Assembly: GCA_963752285.1 (NCBI GenBank)
Contig: CAVVXN010000002.1
Location: forward strand, 416,001-480,000
Reading direction: 5' to 3'
DNA from: an uncultured Planctomycetota bacterium
GTDB lineage: Bacteria; Planctomycetota; PLA2; JAEUHO01
DNA: 64,000 nt
Shown here: positions 42,293 through 51,801 of the stretch, in pieces
Numbering within the stretch: position 1 is the stretch's first letter
Layout: every line of letters begins with the position of its first letter
The notes under the pieces: generated by a model
Told to the model about the DNA's origin: nothing
The model's input: only the letters and a program-made list of their open reading frames with translations
Database searches by the model: none
Made by a program: the position numbers and the translations under genes

Positions 42293-43546
42293 ATGGGTAC
42301 GACGAGATGGAAGGGCGGCCAGGCGGTCCCGTGGATCGCGCTCCTGATCGTCACGGCCTTCGCGATCGTCCTCCTCGCGCGCCGCGAGAGCCCCGCCTCG
42401 GCGGCGCGGCCCACGGCGGACGGCGCGTCGCCGCCGGCGTCGGGCCCCGCCACGACGGCGGCGCCGGCCCCCGCCGCGGCGCCCGCGCCCCGCGACGCGG
42501 CCGCGATCGAAAAGGCCGCCGCCGCGACGGAGATCGAGTACGACCGCGTGCTGCAGGACCTCGCCCAGGAGCGACAGCACGCGGCGGACCTCGCCCAGGA
42601 GGCCGCGGCCAGCCGGGCGCGGGCCGAGAGCGCCGAGGCCCGCCGCGCCGCCGCCGAGGCGCGGCTCACCGCGGTCGACGAGGCGATGGGCGCGGCGGAG
42701 GCCGAGGTGAAGGACCTGCGCCAGGCCCTCGACGCCATGGGCGGTCGCGTCGAGGGGCTCGAGGCGCGGCGCGAGGCGGCCGAGGACCCCGTGCGGCGCT
42801 GGCTCAAGGACGCGGCCGACCCCGACCCCGACCACCGCCAGCGCGCGAAGCGAGGCGCGGAGCGGGCCGGCGAGAAGGACCTCGCCCACCTGGCCGAGCT
42901 CGTGTCGAAGGACCCCGCGTATGCGGCCCCGGCCGCGACGTTCCTATCGTGGGTCGAGGCGTCCGACGCATCCGACCAGGCGACCGCGGCCGTGCTCGCC
43001 GCTGCGGACGCGACCACCGACCCGAAGGCGATCGTCGCCGCGCTCGGCGCCACGCCGGTGGCCCGGCCCGCGGCGGTCGCGCCGACGCTCTCGAACGGGG
43101 GCCCCGCACTCCGTCGCGCGGTGCTCGACGCCGTGCTGCAGAACGCCGCGCGCGTTGCCGACGACCAGAAGGCCGCCTTCGCGGCGCCGGTCGAGGGCCT
43201 CCTCGCCTCCGGCGAGCCCGACCTCGTCGCGCGCGCCGCGCGTCTCGTCGGGTACCTCCGTCTGGACGGGCTCGCCCCGAAGCTCGTCCCGCTGCTCGGG
43301 TCCGACGACGCCGCGGTCCGCGCCGGCGCCGCGTACGCGCTGTCGCGCGTGCCGGACCGCGCGTCCGTGGACGCCGAGGTGAAGGCGTCGCTCGCGACGC
43401 TCCTGGCGGCCGACTCCGTCGAGGTGCGCACGGCCGCCGTCCTGCTCGCGGAGGCCGTGCTCGGCGAGCGGGTCGCCTTCGACCCCGCCGCGCCGGCCGA
43501 CGCCCGCGCTCGGGCGCTCGACGCGCTCCGGCCGCGCCTCCCGTAG
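42293..43546 (+). CDS. Membrane-anchored coiled-coil / HEAT-repeat protein
   Basis: GAGGAG RBS; N-terminal TM, heptad region, HEAT-like repeats (LLGSDDAAVRAGAAYAL, DSVEVRTAAV). Confidence 0.75.
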   Translation: MGTTRWKGGQAVPWIALLIVTAFAIVLLARRESPASAARPTADGASPPASGPATTAAPAPAAAPAPRDAAAIEKAAAATEIEYDRVLQDLAQERQHAADLAQEAAASRARAESAEARRAAAEARLTAVDEAMGAAEAEVKDLRQALDAMGGRVEGLEARREAAEDPVRRWLKDAADPDPDHRQRAKRGAERAGEKDLAHLAELVSKDPAYAAPAATFLSWVEASDASDQATAAVLAAADATTDPKAIVAALGATPVARPAAVAPTLSNGGPALRRAVLDAVLQNAARVADDQKAAFAAPVEGLLASGEPDLVARAARLVGYLRLDGLAPKLVPLLGSDDAAVRAGAAYALSRVPDRASVDAEVKASLATLLAADSVEVRTAAVLLAEAVLGERVAFDPAAPADARARALDALRPRLP

Positions 43547-43574
43547 GGAGCCCGCCGCCGCCCTTGCTCGGCAC

Positions 43575-45683
43575 CTACACGTGGAGCCCGTGCCGGCGCT
43601 GGTGGAGCCACCAGCCCGCGCCGAGCCCCAGGACCGCGAGCTCCGCCGCGTAGAAGATCACCAGGCCGTTCATCACGCCCTGCGTGAACCCGTACGCGTG
43701 CAGGCCGATCCCGAGCAGGTTGATGCCCCACCACGAGAAGGCCACCACCCCGGCCAGCGCGACCGTGGCCATCGCGAACCCGAACGGCTTCAGGATGCCG
43801 CCGAGGCGCCCGTGGATCATCGCGAGCTGCCACAGCACGATCATCAGCGCGCCGTTCTCCTTGGGGTCCCAGCCCCAGAAGCGGCCCCACGACTCGTTCG
43901 CCCAGATGCCGCCGAGGATCGTCCCCACCGTGGTGAGGATCAGCGCGAACCCGAGCGTGCCGTAGGTCATCCCGTTCACGACGCGGAAGAAGCCCTGGTC
44001 CCGCTTCGCCAGCCCGAACACGCGGCCGAGCACGTATACGTGCGCGAACGCCGCGGCGAGGAGGCTCGCCATGTAGCCGAGCGCGATGCACGTGACGTGC
44101 GTGGACAGCCAGAAGTTCGTGTCGAGGACCGCCACGACCTTCTTCATGTTGTCTTCGCGCGTGATCGACTCGTAGCCGTGCGCCACGAGGAGGCCCAGGA
44201 ACCCCAGGAGGGGGACGAGGGCCAGCGCGATCCGGCGCCTCGTCAGTCCCTCGACGACGAGCCCCGTCAGCGCGGCGGTCGCGGTGACGAACAGGACGGT
44301 GTCGTAGAGGTTCGTCATCGGCGGGTGCTCGCGGATCAGGCAGCGCTCCACGATGCCCCAGATGACGAAGAGCGTCGTCCCGCCCAGGAGCCCGATCAGC
44401 GTGGCGTCGTACCACGGGATGCGCCGGCGGAAGAACCACGACACCGCGACGAACACGAAGAGCGTGAGGTAGATCCACTGCGAGTTCCCGAACGGGTTCA
44501 GCCGGAAGAGCTGGACCTCGCGCGGGATGTTCCGGTACTTGCCGATGTCGCGCGCGAGCGCCTCCGCGTCGCGCTCGAGCGTGCGGGCCCGGTCCGTGAA
44601 CGTCTTCGGGTCGCTCCGCGCCTCGTACAGGCCCTCGAAGTCCTTCAGCATGTCGAAGTGGCCCGCGACCGGGGGGAGGTCGGGACGTTCGGCCGCCTGG
44701 TAGAGGACCTCGTACGGCGTGAGCCACGCGTCGGCCTGCATATCGAGATCGCTGCCCGCGTCCTGCGCCGCCTGGATGGCCGCCATCCGCTCCTTCGAGG
44801 GCGGGAACACCGCGAGCGCGCTGGAGCTCCCCTTCGTCTGGAGCATCTGCTCGTACCCGTTCACGGCCGCGTCGAGCTCGGGGTGCTTCGGACCGGCGGC
44901 CTGCCGAAGCGCCGTCCGCAAGGCCTCGGTGATGCGCGGTGCCGCACGGACCAGCTCCGGGAACGAGACCTCGGCCTTCCCGCCGAGCTGCTGGCGGAGG
45001 ATCGGGAGGTCGGGGACGGCCACGGGCGCGCGGGCCCAGCCGATCCACGTCGTGAACTCCTCGAACTCCATCACGGCGTGGTAGAGCGTCACGATGCCGC
45101 CCTGCACCGGGTCGCGCTGCTTCTCCTCGATCTGGCCGTACTGGCGCGCCAGCGCGACCAGCCGGGTCCGACCGGGGGCCAGGAACTCGTACGCGTAGTA
45201 GTCGCGCTTCTTCTTCTCGACGGGCTTGCCGGACTCGTCGGTGAGGTGGCTCGGGTCGAGGCCCAGCGCGGTCAGCACTTCGTCGTTGTCGATCAGGAAG
45301 CACTCGTAGCGCCGCGCGGACTCGGGGAAGAACAGGCAGTCGAGGAGGAACTCGACCGGCCCGATCCGTCGGCCGTCCGGCGTCTTCACCGAACGGTGCT
45401 GCGCCATCCGCTCGAGGGCGTACGTGGCCATCGTGTTGAGCGGCTTGACGCGCCCGCCCTCCTGCACGGGGATCTCCGCGAAGAGGTCCACGACCTCGGC
45501 GGGCCACGCCGCGGGCCACGTGTGCGCCGGGGTCGAGGAGGTCGCGGCCGGGCCCTCGGCGGCGCGGGCCGGCGCGAGGCCCAGCGTCGCCGCCGCGACG
45601 CCGGCCGCGAGCAGCCCGCCCAGCAGGGCGAGCCGTCCGAACGGCACCCGGCGGTTCGGGGCGGAGTGGGTGGTGTCCCTCAT
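43575..45683 (-). CDS. ccsA: Cytochrome c biogenesis system II heme lyase CcsA with a large periplasmic N-terminal domain
   Basis: IPVQEGGRVKPLNT, PPMTNLYD, VLDTNFWLSTHV, WWD motif WANESWGRFWGWDPKE, GLHAYG. Confidence 0.92.
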   Translation of the reverse strand: MRDTTHSAPNRRVPFGRLALLGGLLAAGVAAATLGLAPARAAEGPAATSSTPAHTWPAAWPAEVVDLFAEIPVQEGGRVKPLNTMATYALERMAQHRSVKTPDGRRIGPVEFLLDCLFFPESARRYECFLIDNDEVLTALGLDPSHLTDESGKPVEKKKRDYYAYEFLAPGRTRLVALARQYGQIEEKQRDPVQGGIVTLYHAVMEFEEFTTWIGWARAPVAVPDLPILRQQLGGKAEVSFPELVRAAPRITEALRTALRQAAGPKHPELDAAVNGYEQMLQTKGSSSALAVFPPSKERMAAIQAAQDAGSDLDMQADAWLTPYEVLYQAAERPDLPPVAGHFDMLKDFEGLYEARSDPKTFTDRARTLERDAEALARDIGKYRNIPREVQLFRLNPFGNSQWIYLTLFVFVAVSWFFRRRIPWYDATLIGLLGGTTLFVIWGIVERCLIREHPPMTNLYDTVLFVTATAALTGLVVEGLTRRRIALALVPLLGFLGLLVAHGYESITREDNMKKVVAVLDTNFWLSTHVTCIALGYMASLLAAAFAHVYVLGRVFGLAKRDQGFFRVVNGMTYGTLGFALILTTVGTILGGIWANESWGRFWGWDPKENGALMIVLWQLAMIHGRLGGILKPFGFAMATVALAGVVAFSWWGINLLGIGLHAYGFTQGVMNGLVIFYAAELAVLGLGAGWWLHQRRHGLHV

Positions 45684-47068
45684 GTCGCGCTCCCAAGCTC
45701 CACGCGCACGCGATGGTGCGACTGGCGCTCCAGGTACTTCACGAGCTTCATTACGAAGTGGATCAGCATGCCGATCGCGATGATCACGCAGGAGTAGAGG
45801 GGAACCCGATCGGAGGGGTTCGACACCACGGCGAAGTTCGAGTAGAGCCGCGAGCCGGGCGGGGCGTTCTCGGGCCCCCAGCCCGACTGGTAGAGCGTGT
45901 AGCCTTCGCTCCGCAGCGGCTCGTTCATCGTGATGTGGACCTCGCGCGGCGGGGAGCCGGCCTCGGTCTTCGTCACGAACGAGGAGAACCGCCGGGGGAT
46001 CATCGTGCCCGGGTGGTACTCGTGGACGAAGCGGTCGAGGTGGACCTGGAAGGGGAGGGTCCACCGACGCGGCCTCAGCTCGACCGTCCACTCCGCGTCG
46101 CCGAGCCGAACGCCGTAGGGCGCGGCCCTTGCGCTCACGAGCCCGCGGTGGGACGCACCGGTCGTACGCTCGACCAGGGTCACGCGCGCCCCGGGCGCGT
46201 TGTACAGGTTCTGGTCCTCCTCCGCCTTCGTGACCGGGGGACGCGTCTCGAGGGTCCAGCCGTCCACGGCGGAGGGGGCGGACGCGCCGACCCGCTTGAC
46301 CACCGCGTTCGTCGCGTAGCCCGAGACCAGCACGTCGAAGGGGAGGTCGGGGTGCGCGAAACGCGCCGTGCCGCCCTCGTTCGTCCACGAGAAGTCCTCG
46401 GCCGGGACGACGTACTCGCGCGCGGTGTGGTCCGGTCGGATCTCGGTGGTCGCGAGCTCCCAGCTCCGGAAGCTCACGTACTCGTCGGAGGCGTCGCCCT
46501 CGTAGAGAACCATCTGCCCGCTGGTCGAGAACCGGCTCTCGACCCAGGAGCCGACGAGCAGGATCACGATCCCGAGGTGGACGATGAACACGCCGAGCGT
46601 CGAGGTGCCCCGCCGCATGCGGAGCAGGCCGCCGACGATCAGGTTCACGAAGAGGAGCGGGAGGAGGAGCATGGCGCCTGGCAGCGGCAGCGGGATGTCG
46701 GCCCCCTGCGCGTACCGCACGAACGGGTAGACCGAGGTCGCCAGGAGCACGCCCGCCACGAGGGCGGTCCACGGGGAGAGCGTCCGGCGGGCCCAGTGGA
46801 GCAGGACGGTCCACACGGCCAACCCGGCCAGCACGACGCCCACCACCAGCGGGAGGAAGCCGGCGCCCCGGTGGATCACGAAGACCGAGCCGAAGTAGTG
46901 CGCCTGGACGTCGTAGATCGTGTGCGTGCCCTGGGCGATGGTGCCGAAGAGCGTCAGCAGGAGCATCAGGACGAAGAGGGCCGCGGCGAGGCGGAACGAG
47001 CCGAGGACCGCCACGAGCCGATCGAGAGGTCGTTGCATGGGATTCGGATCTCCGTGGGGTCCGTTCAC
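45680..47068 (-). CDS. ccsB: Cytochrome c biogenesis protein CcsB/ResB
   Basis: SFRLAAALF...GTIAQ, IVHLGIVILLVG, LPFQVHLDRF, ITMNEPLRSEGYTLYQS. Start is GTG 47068 (overlap) or ATG 47038. Confidence 0.88.
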   Translation of the reverse strand: MNGPHGDPNPMQRPLDRLVAVLGSFRLAAALFVLMLLLTLFGTIAQGTHTIYDVQAHYFGSVFVIHRGAGFLPLVVGVVLAGLAVWTVLLHWARRTLSPWTALVAGVLLATSVYPFVRYAQGADIPLPLPGAMLLLPLLFVNLIVGGLLRMRRGTSTLGVFIVHLGIVILLVGSWVESRFSTSGQMVLYEGDASDEYVSFRSWELATTEIRPDHTAREYVVPAEDFSWTNEGGTARFAHPDLPFDVLVSGYATNAVVKRVGASAPSAVDGWTLETRPPVTKAEEDQNLYNAPGARVTLVERTTGASHRGLVSARAAPYGVRLGDAEWTVELRPRRWTLPFQVHLDRFVHEYHPGTMIPRRFSSFVTKTEAGSPPREVHITMNEPLRSEGYTLYQSGWGPENAPPGSRLYSNFAVVSNPSDRVPLYSCVIIAIGMLIHFVMKLVKYLERQSHHRVRVELGSAT

Positions 47069-48279
47069 CAGGACAGGGAGCGGCAGAAGGTCTCGAAGTT
47101 CGGCTTCTGGCCCTTCACGACGTCCGCCGGGCCCGTCAGCTTGACGAAGATCGCGCTGTCGGGGCGGAGCAGCACGAACCCGAGCATCTCGGCGGGGTCG
47201 ATCTTCTCGCCGCCCTGTCCCATCCCCGGCGTGTAGCTCCCGTCGATCGTGACGAGCACGCCCTCCATCCCGTTCGCGGTGAGGCGCGGCAGCGCCTGGA
47301 TCTCTGCGCTCGTGAGGGGGGGCTGTCCCATCTGCCCGCGCCAGCGGTTGAGGTTCATGTCGAGCCCGCCGCCGTCTCCGTTGAGCACGGTGACGTAGCA
47401 CTCCGTGTCCGAGGTGTCCTTCGGGACGTAGGTGACCTCGCGCATCGGCTTCGCGGGCTGCGGGAGCCAGGACGGCGGAGCGTCCCAGTGGAGCCCGCTG
47501 TCGCCCTCGCCGGCGGGCGGCATCTCCCCGGTCCCTCCGGGGAGGGCCGGATGACCCGGCGGCAGGTCGCTCGGGGCGCTGGACGCGCTCGCCATCGGTG
47601 CCCACGTTATCGAACGGGCGAGGGCGTCGAAGTGCGCTCGCTCCTGCGCGATCACGTCCGCGGGCCCGACCATCTTCAGGAAGAGCGCGGCCATCGGCAG
47701 CTCGAGGATCAGGCCCACCATCTTCGCGTGCTCGAGCGGCGCGGAGCCACCCATGCCGGCGTAGGCCCCGTCGAGAACCACCTCCTTCGCCGGCCGGCCG
47801 AGGATCTCGCCATCGGGCAGGTTCTGGACGGCCGCGTCCTCCTCCGGGGGGAGCCCCATCTGCTTTCGCCAGCGGTTCACGTTCTCGACGAGCCCGCCGG
47901 CGGCGCCGGGAAGGACCACGAGCGAGCACTCGGCGTCGGGCGATCCCGGGACCTTCCAGCTGCCCTTGCGCATCTCCGCCGGCGGCTCCTCCGTCCACCC
48001 CTCGGGCGTCGTCCAGGTCCACTCCCGACCGCCCGGGTCGCCGGCGCTCGCGTGCGGGCCCGCGGTGGCCCGGCCGAAGCGCTGGTCGCTCGACAGGCTG
48101 CTGGTGGGGGAGGACGAGGCGCTCGACCGCTCCCGGACGTCGTCGATCGTGTACGTCTTCTCCTTCTTGCCGCACGCGCCGAGGAGGGCCGAGAGCCCGA
48201 GGAGCACGAGCCCCGACAGCGCCAGCCGGGGCCGCGGGGTCGGGAGGGGGCGGCGTCGGGTCCGCGAAGCGTGCTTCAT
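47065..48279 (-). CDS. Lipoprotein with two NxNRWRxQ domains, first gene of the ccsBA operon
   Basis: Lipobox LLGAC; duplicated WxxPxxW...GGL..N[VL]NRWRxQMG...[LV]K[ML]xGP; linker LPPGHP. Confidence 0.8.
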   Translation of the reverse strand: MKHASRTRRRPLPTPRPRLALSGLVLLGLSALLGACGKKEKTYTIDDVRERSSASSSPTSSLSSDQRFGRATAGPHASAGDPGGREWTWTTPEGWTEEPPAEMRKGSWKVPGSPDAECSLVVLPGAAGGLVENVNRWRKQMGLPPEEDAAVQNLPDGEILGRPAKEVVLDGAYAGMGGSAPLEHAKMVGLILELPMAALFLKMVGPADVIAQERAHFDALARSITWAPMASASSAPSDLPPGHPALPGGTGEMPPAGEGDSGLHWDAPPSWLPQPAKPMREVTYVPKDTSDTECYVTVLNGDGGGLDMNLNRWRGQMGQPPLTSAEIQALPRLTANGMEGVLVTIDGSYTPGMGQGGEKIDPAEMLGFVLLRPDSAIFVKLTGPADVVKGQKPNFETFCRSLSW

Positions 48280-48966
48280 GGCGGTGGCGACTCCGTTCTC
48301 CGACCCGCCGGGCGCCCGCCTCCGCCCGCGGCGCGCGCCGGGTCGGACCGCGCGGCGCGCCAGCCGGGAAGGGGAGGAGCGAGGGGGACGGAAGGCCGAG
48401 GATCGATCCGGGTCCGATGGGGCGGACCGCGCGCCGCGAGCGGCGCCAGGGGCCCGGCCGCGCGCCAGGGGCCGGATCCGGTTCGTGATGGTCCTACGCC
48501 CGTCGGAGACGAATCGCCGTACGATACCTCCGCTTCGGCCCGGGCTCCCCTCGGGAGACGACCGCCCGCCCCGCCTGGGACTGGGCCTTTGAGCCCTCCT
48601 CGCGACGCCGCACCATCCGCTGCGCGCGGCGCCCGCGATCCGTCCCGGAGGGGGCGACCCGGGTGCCGTCGGGACCCCTCTCTCCACGGCCCCTTCCGGG
48701 CCCCACGCCCCGCCATTTCGGGGGGGTGTGGCCCTCGGGGTGATCGTCCGATGACGCATTCTGGGTACCTACCGGAGGATCCGGGGCCGCTCCGTGCGGC
48801 CCCCGGATTGGGTCGGCCCTTCCCAAACTGCTGGTGAACAAGGGCTTGGGTAATTCGTCCGCGTGGTGCCACCCGGGGTGCGTCGCTTGCTAGGCCCTGG
48901 GGCAGGACCGGCAAAGATGAGTTCGGGGTCCGGAGGTCCGGGCCCCGGTCAGGAGCGGTACCCGGA

Positions 48967-49398
48967 GTGCTCACCCAGGCGGTCTGCCACGCAGCGAGGG
49001 CCCTCTCGTACCTCGCGTCCCACGGACGCGAGGCGGTCCTCGTCCGTGACCTGGCCGACCGGACGGGCATCCCCGGGCCGTATCTCGCAAAGATCGTGAA
49101 TCAGCTCTCCCGCAAGGGCCTGGTGCAGACGCAGCGGGGTGTCGGCGGCGGCGTCGCGCCGCTCCGCGACCCCGCCACGCTGACGCTCTACGACCTCTGC
49201 GTCGCGCTCGGCGATCCGATCGTCGAGACGCGTTGTCTGCTCGCGAACGCCACGTGCTCCGACGAGAGGGCCTGCCCCGCGCACGGCTTCTTCGTGGGGC
49301 ACCGCGAGAAGGAGCTCGAGTTCCTTCGCTCGACGACGCTCGCGCACCTGGCGGCCTTCGAGGCCGACCAGGAGAGGAGGGCGAAACAGACCGCTTGA
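48967..49398 (+). CDS. Rrf2-family transcriptional regulator, likely Fe-S binding
   Basis: AGGAG RBS; IPGPYLAKIVNQL...RGVGGG; C-terminal CLLANATCSDERACPAH (3 Cys + His). Confidence 0.9.
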   Translation: MLTQAVCHAARALSYLASHGREAVLVRDLADRTGIPGPYLAKIVNQLSRKGLVQTQRGVGGGVAPLRDPATLTLYDLCVALGDPIVETRCLLANATCSDERACPAHGFFVGHREKELEFLRSTTLAHLAAFEADQERRAKQTA

Positions 49399-49468
49399 TG
49401 GCCGAGAGTCCCCCTGATGGCAACCCGCAGGACGTCCGGGCTTTGGCCCGGGTCTGGAGAAGCAAATC

Positions 49469-50107
49469 ATGAATCGTCGCTGGCTCGCACCCCTCGCGCT
49501 CGGGGCCGCCGTCGTCGCGGTCTTCGCGCTGGTCGAGAGCGGCCGCTCCGCGGCCGCGGACGAAGGCGCCACGCCCGAGTTCGTCGGACAGACCGCCTGC
49601 AAGCAGTGCCACTTCAAGGAGCACAAGAGCTGGAAGAAGACGGTCCACGCGAAGGCGCTGGACCTCCTGAAGCCCGGCGAGGCGGCCGATGCCAAGAAGA
49701 AGGCCAACCTCGACCCGCAGAAGGACTACAGCAAGGATGCGACCTGCCTCCCGTGCCACACGACCGGCTACGGTCAGCCCGGCGGGTACCCGGAGGTCAA
49801 GGACGCCTGGAGCGAGGACGAGCAGAAGTGCGCGGACGTCAACGAAGGCGTCGGCTGCGAGGCCTGCCACGGCGCGGGCAGCCAGTACATCCCGTTCAAG
49901 AAAGACCACGACGGGGAGTACAAGCGGTCCGAGATCGCGAAGCTCGGCCTCAAGACGCCGGTCACCGCCGCGAACTGCACCGGCTGCCACAAGGCCGAGG
50001 GCAACCCGACGGTCGGGCCCGACTACAAGTTCGACTTCGAGACCATGAAGACGAAGCCGGAAGCCATTCACGAGCACCAGAAGCTCAAGAAGGACCACGA
50101 GGGATAG
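49469..50107 (+). CDS. Tetraheme cytochrome c554-family periplasmic protein
   Basis: Signal peptide; four CxxCH (CKQCH, CLPCH, CEACH, CTGCH); c554-like segments SWKKTVHAKA, LDPQKDYSKD, GVGCEACHG, IHEH. Confidence 0.9.
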   Translation: MNRRWLAPLALGAAVVAVFALVESGRSAAADEGATPEFVGQTACKQCHFKEHKSWKKTVHAKALDLLKPGEAADAKKKANLDPQKDYSKDATCLPCHTTGYGQPGGYPEVKDAWSEDEQKCADVNEGVGCEACHGAGSQYIPFKKDHDGEYKRSEIAKLGLKTPVTAANCTGCHKAEGNPTVGPDYKFDFETMKTKPEAIHEHQKLKKDHEG

Positions 50108-50113
50108 CAGAAA

Positions 50114-50139
50114 GGCCGCGCGCTTCGGGGCGCGCGGCC
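50114..50139. terminator. GC-rich hairpin after the c554 gene (terminator or mRNA-stabilising)
   Basis: GGCCGCGCGC-TTCGGG-GCGCGCGGCC, perfect 10-bp stem; no U-tract on the + strand. Confidence 0.45.
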
Positions 50140-50227
50140 CGCTCGACGAACCACGACTGACACCCGCCCGTCGGCCCCGGGCCGCGGGCGGGTCGGCCCC
50201 GAGGGTAGGGCAGGGGGGGACGCCGCC

Positions 50228-51787
50228 GTGTTTCGATCCGTCTTGGTGTCGGGCTGCCTCGTGGCGGCCTGGATCCTGGCTGGGTCCCTGGCCTGGGCCG
50301 AGCCGCCTTCGGCGGGCGCGGCGCCCGCCGCGCCCGTAGCGCCTCCGAGCGCGAGCGGGCAAAACGACGCTCCGCCCCCCGGCGCGGACGCGGCGACCGC
50401 CGCCGCCGCCGCCGGGGTCTCCGACTCTGCCGCGCCGCCTCCGCCTCCGAACCCCGCGGCGAACGCCGAGGCGAGCTACGGGGGGATCACGCCCGGCATG
50501 GTGGACCGCGCCGTGCACGCCGACGCCTTCCGAAGCGAGGCGCCGCTCTGGCAGGGCCAGGCGCGCCTGCGGTACCGGGGTCGCTTCACCTCGGAGGACG
50601 ACGCCTCCGACCACGACCTGTACGCGTACCTCAAGCTGAAGTACCGCGACGAGATGCTCCCGGGCTGGTCGGCCTCCTTCCACGGCCGGGCGACGCTCGA
50701 CATCGGAAGCTTCGGGAACCGCGACGGGTTCCATCCCTTCGACTCGATCACCGACACGTACGAGCACCGGCTGAACGGGCGGATCTACCACGCGTACGTG
50801 AACTACCGAAGCCCCCGGAGCCTGGTCGAGGAAGTGCGGCTCGGGCGGCAGTACTCCGACGTCGGCGAGTTCATCCGCTACGACGGCGTCCGCGCGACGA
50901 GCCGCCCCCTCGGGTGCGGTTGGTGGCAGGTGTCGGCGTTCGGCGGGGTCCCCTCGTACCTGTTCGACGACGGGCGCGAGGGCGACTGGACCGTGGGCGG
51001 GTCCGTGAAGGGCCGCCCGTGGCGCGCCACGGGCGTCACGCTGAGCTACACGCATGCTCACGACCAGAACGCCGTCTACGGCCACGTGGACGACAACTTC
51101 GTGGACCTGACGGTGGACCAGCGGATCGGCATGAACACGCTGGTCCGGGGCACGTACCAGCAACTGAACGCCGATCCCCGGGCGCTCCGCCTGATCTTCG
51201 ACACCTTCTTCCCCGCGCGGGACGTCACGGTGCGCGGTTCGTTCTACTCGGTGCTCTCCTCCCAGACCGAAGCCGTGTACGACTTCGACTACTACTACGC
51301 GGAGGCGCTCTCGCTCGAGCCGTACTGGCTCGGGACGCTGGCCGTCTCGAAGGGCCTCGGCGACCTCTTCACGGTCGAGGCGGGCGTCAACGAGCGCATG
51401 CTCTACGACCAGGCGGACGAGGGCACCTTCAACCGCGAGTTCACGGAGGTCTACGGGACCGTGGCCTCCTCCGACTGGCTGCTCCGGGACCTCCGCCTCG
51501 CGCTGACCGGCGAATGGTGGAAGGCGAGCGGCGACCGGATATGGACCGCCACGTTCGACCTCGACTGGCGCCCCTGTCCGGCGTGGCGCCTGAGGCTCGG
51601 CACCGACTACGCCGCGTACCGGTACGACCTCTTCACGAACTCCGAGCGGGTCCACGACCTCGGAGGCTTCGTGAGGGTCACGTGGCGGCCTCGCTCCTGC
51701 TGGGAGGTCGATGTCCGGCTGCGCGTGGACGACGACGACGACGGGACCTGGACGCAGCTCGACGCCGGGCTGACGTTCGATTTCTGA
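50228..51787 (+). CDS. Outer-membrane beta-barrel protein (porin of a porin-cytochrome pair)
   Basis: Signal peptide, Pro/Ala linker, many amphipathic Tyr/Trp/Asp-rich strands (YHAYVNY, RLGRQY), C-terminal LTFDF BAM-type signal; directly upstream of a multiheme cytochrome. Confidence 0.82.
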   Translation: MFRSVLVSGCLVAAWILAGSLAWAEPPSAGAAPAAPVAPPSASGQNDAPPPGADAATAAAAAGVSDSAAPPPPPNPAANAEASYGGITPGMVDRAVHADAFRSEAPLWQGQARLRYRGRFTSEDDASDHDLYAYLKLKYRDEMLPGWSASFHGRATLDIGSFGNRDGFHPFDSITDTYEHRLNGRIYHAYVNYRSPRSLVEEVRLGRQYSDVGEFIRYDGVRATSRPLGCGWWQVSAFGGVPSYLFDDGREGDWTVGGSVKGRPWRATGVTLSYTHAHDQNAVYGHVDDNFVDLTVDQRIGMNTLVRGTYQQLNADPRALRLIFDTFFPARDVTVRGSFYSVLSSQTEAVYDFDYYYAEALSLEPYWLGTLAVSKGLGDLFTVEAGVNERMLYDQADEGTFNREFTEVYGTVASSDWLLRDLRLALTGEWWKASGDRIWTATFDLDWRPCPAWRLRLGTDYAAYRYDLFTNSERVHDLGGFVRVTWRPRSCWEVDVRLRVDDDDDGTWTQLDAGLTFDF

Positions 51788-51801
51788 GGGGGGGTGGCTC
51801 C

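Noticed and set aside
40762..45696. 1644-aa ORF suggesting a giant TatD fusion
   Set aside because: Only the last 471 codons are protein-like. The rest overlaps ccsA out of frame and the HEAT gene antisense; stop codons are rare at this GC content.
43575..48759. Long track ORFs (1079, 831 and 564 aa) implying extended or fused Ccs proteins
   Set aside because: The upstream extensions are off-frame shadows of neighbouring genes. The real genes meet at 4-nt stop/start overlaps.
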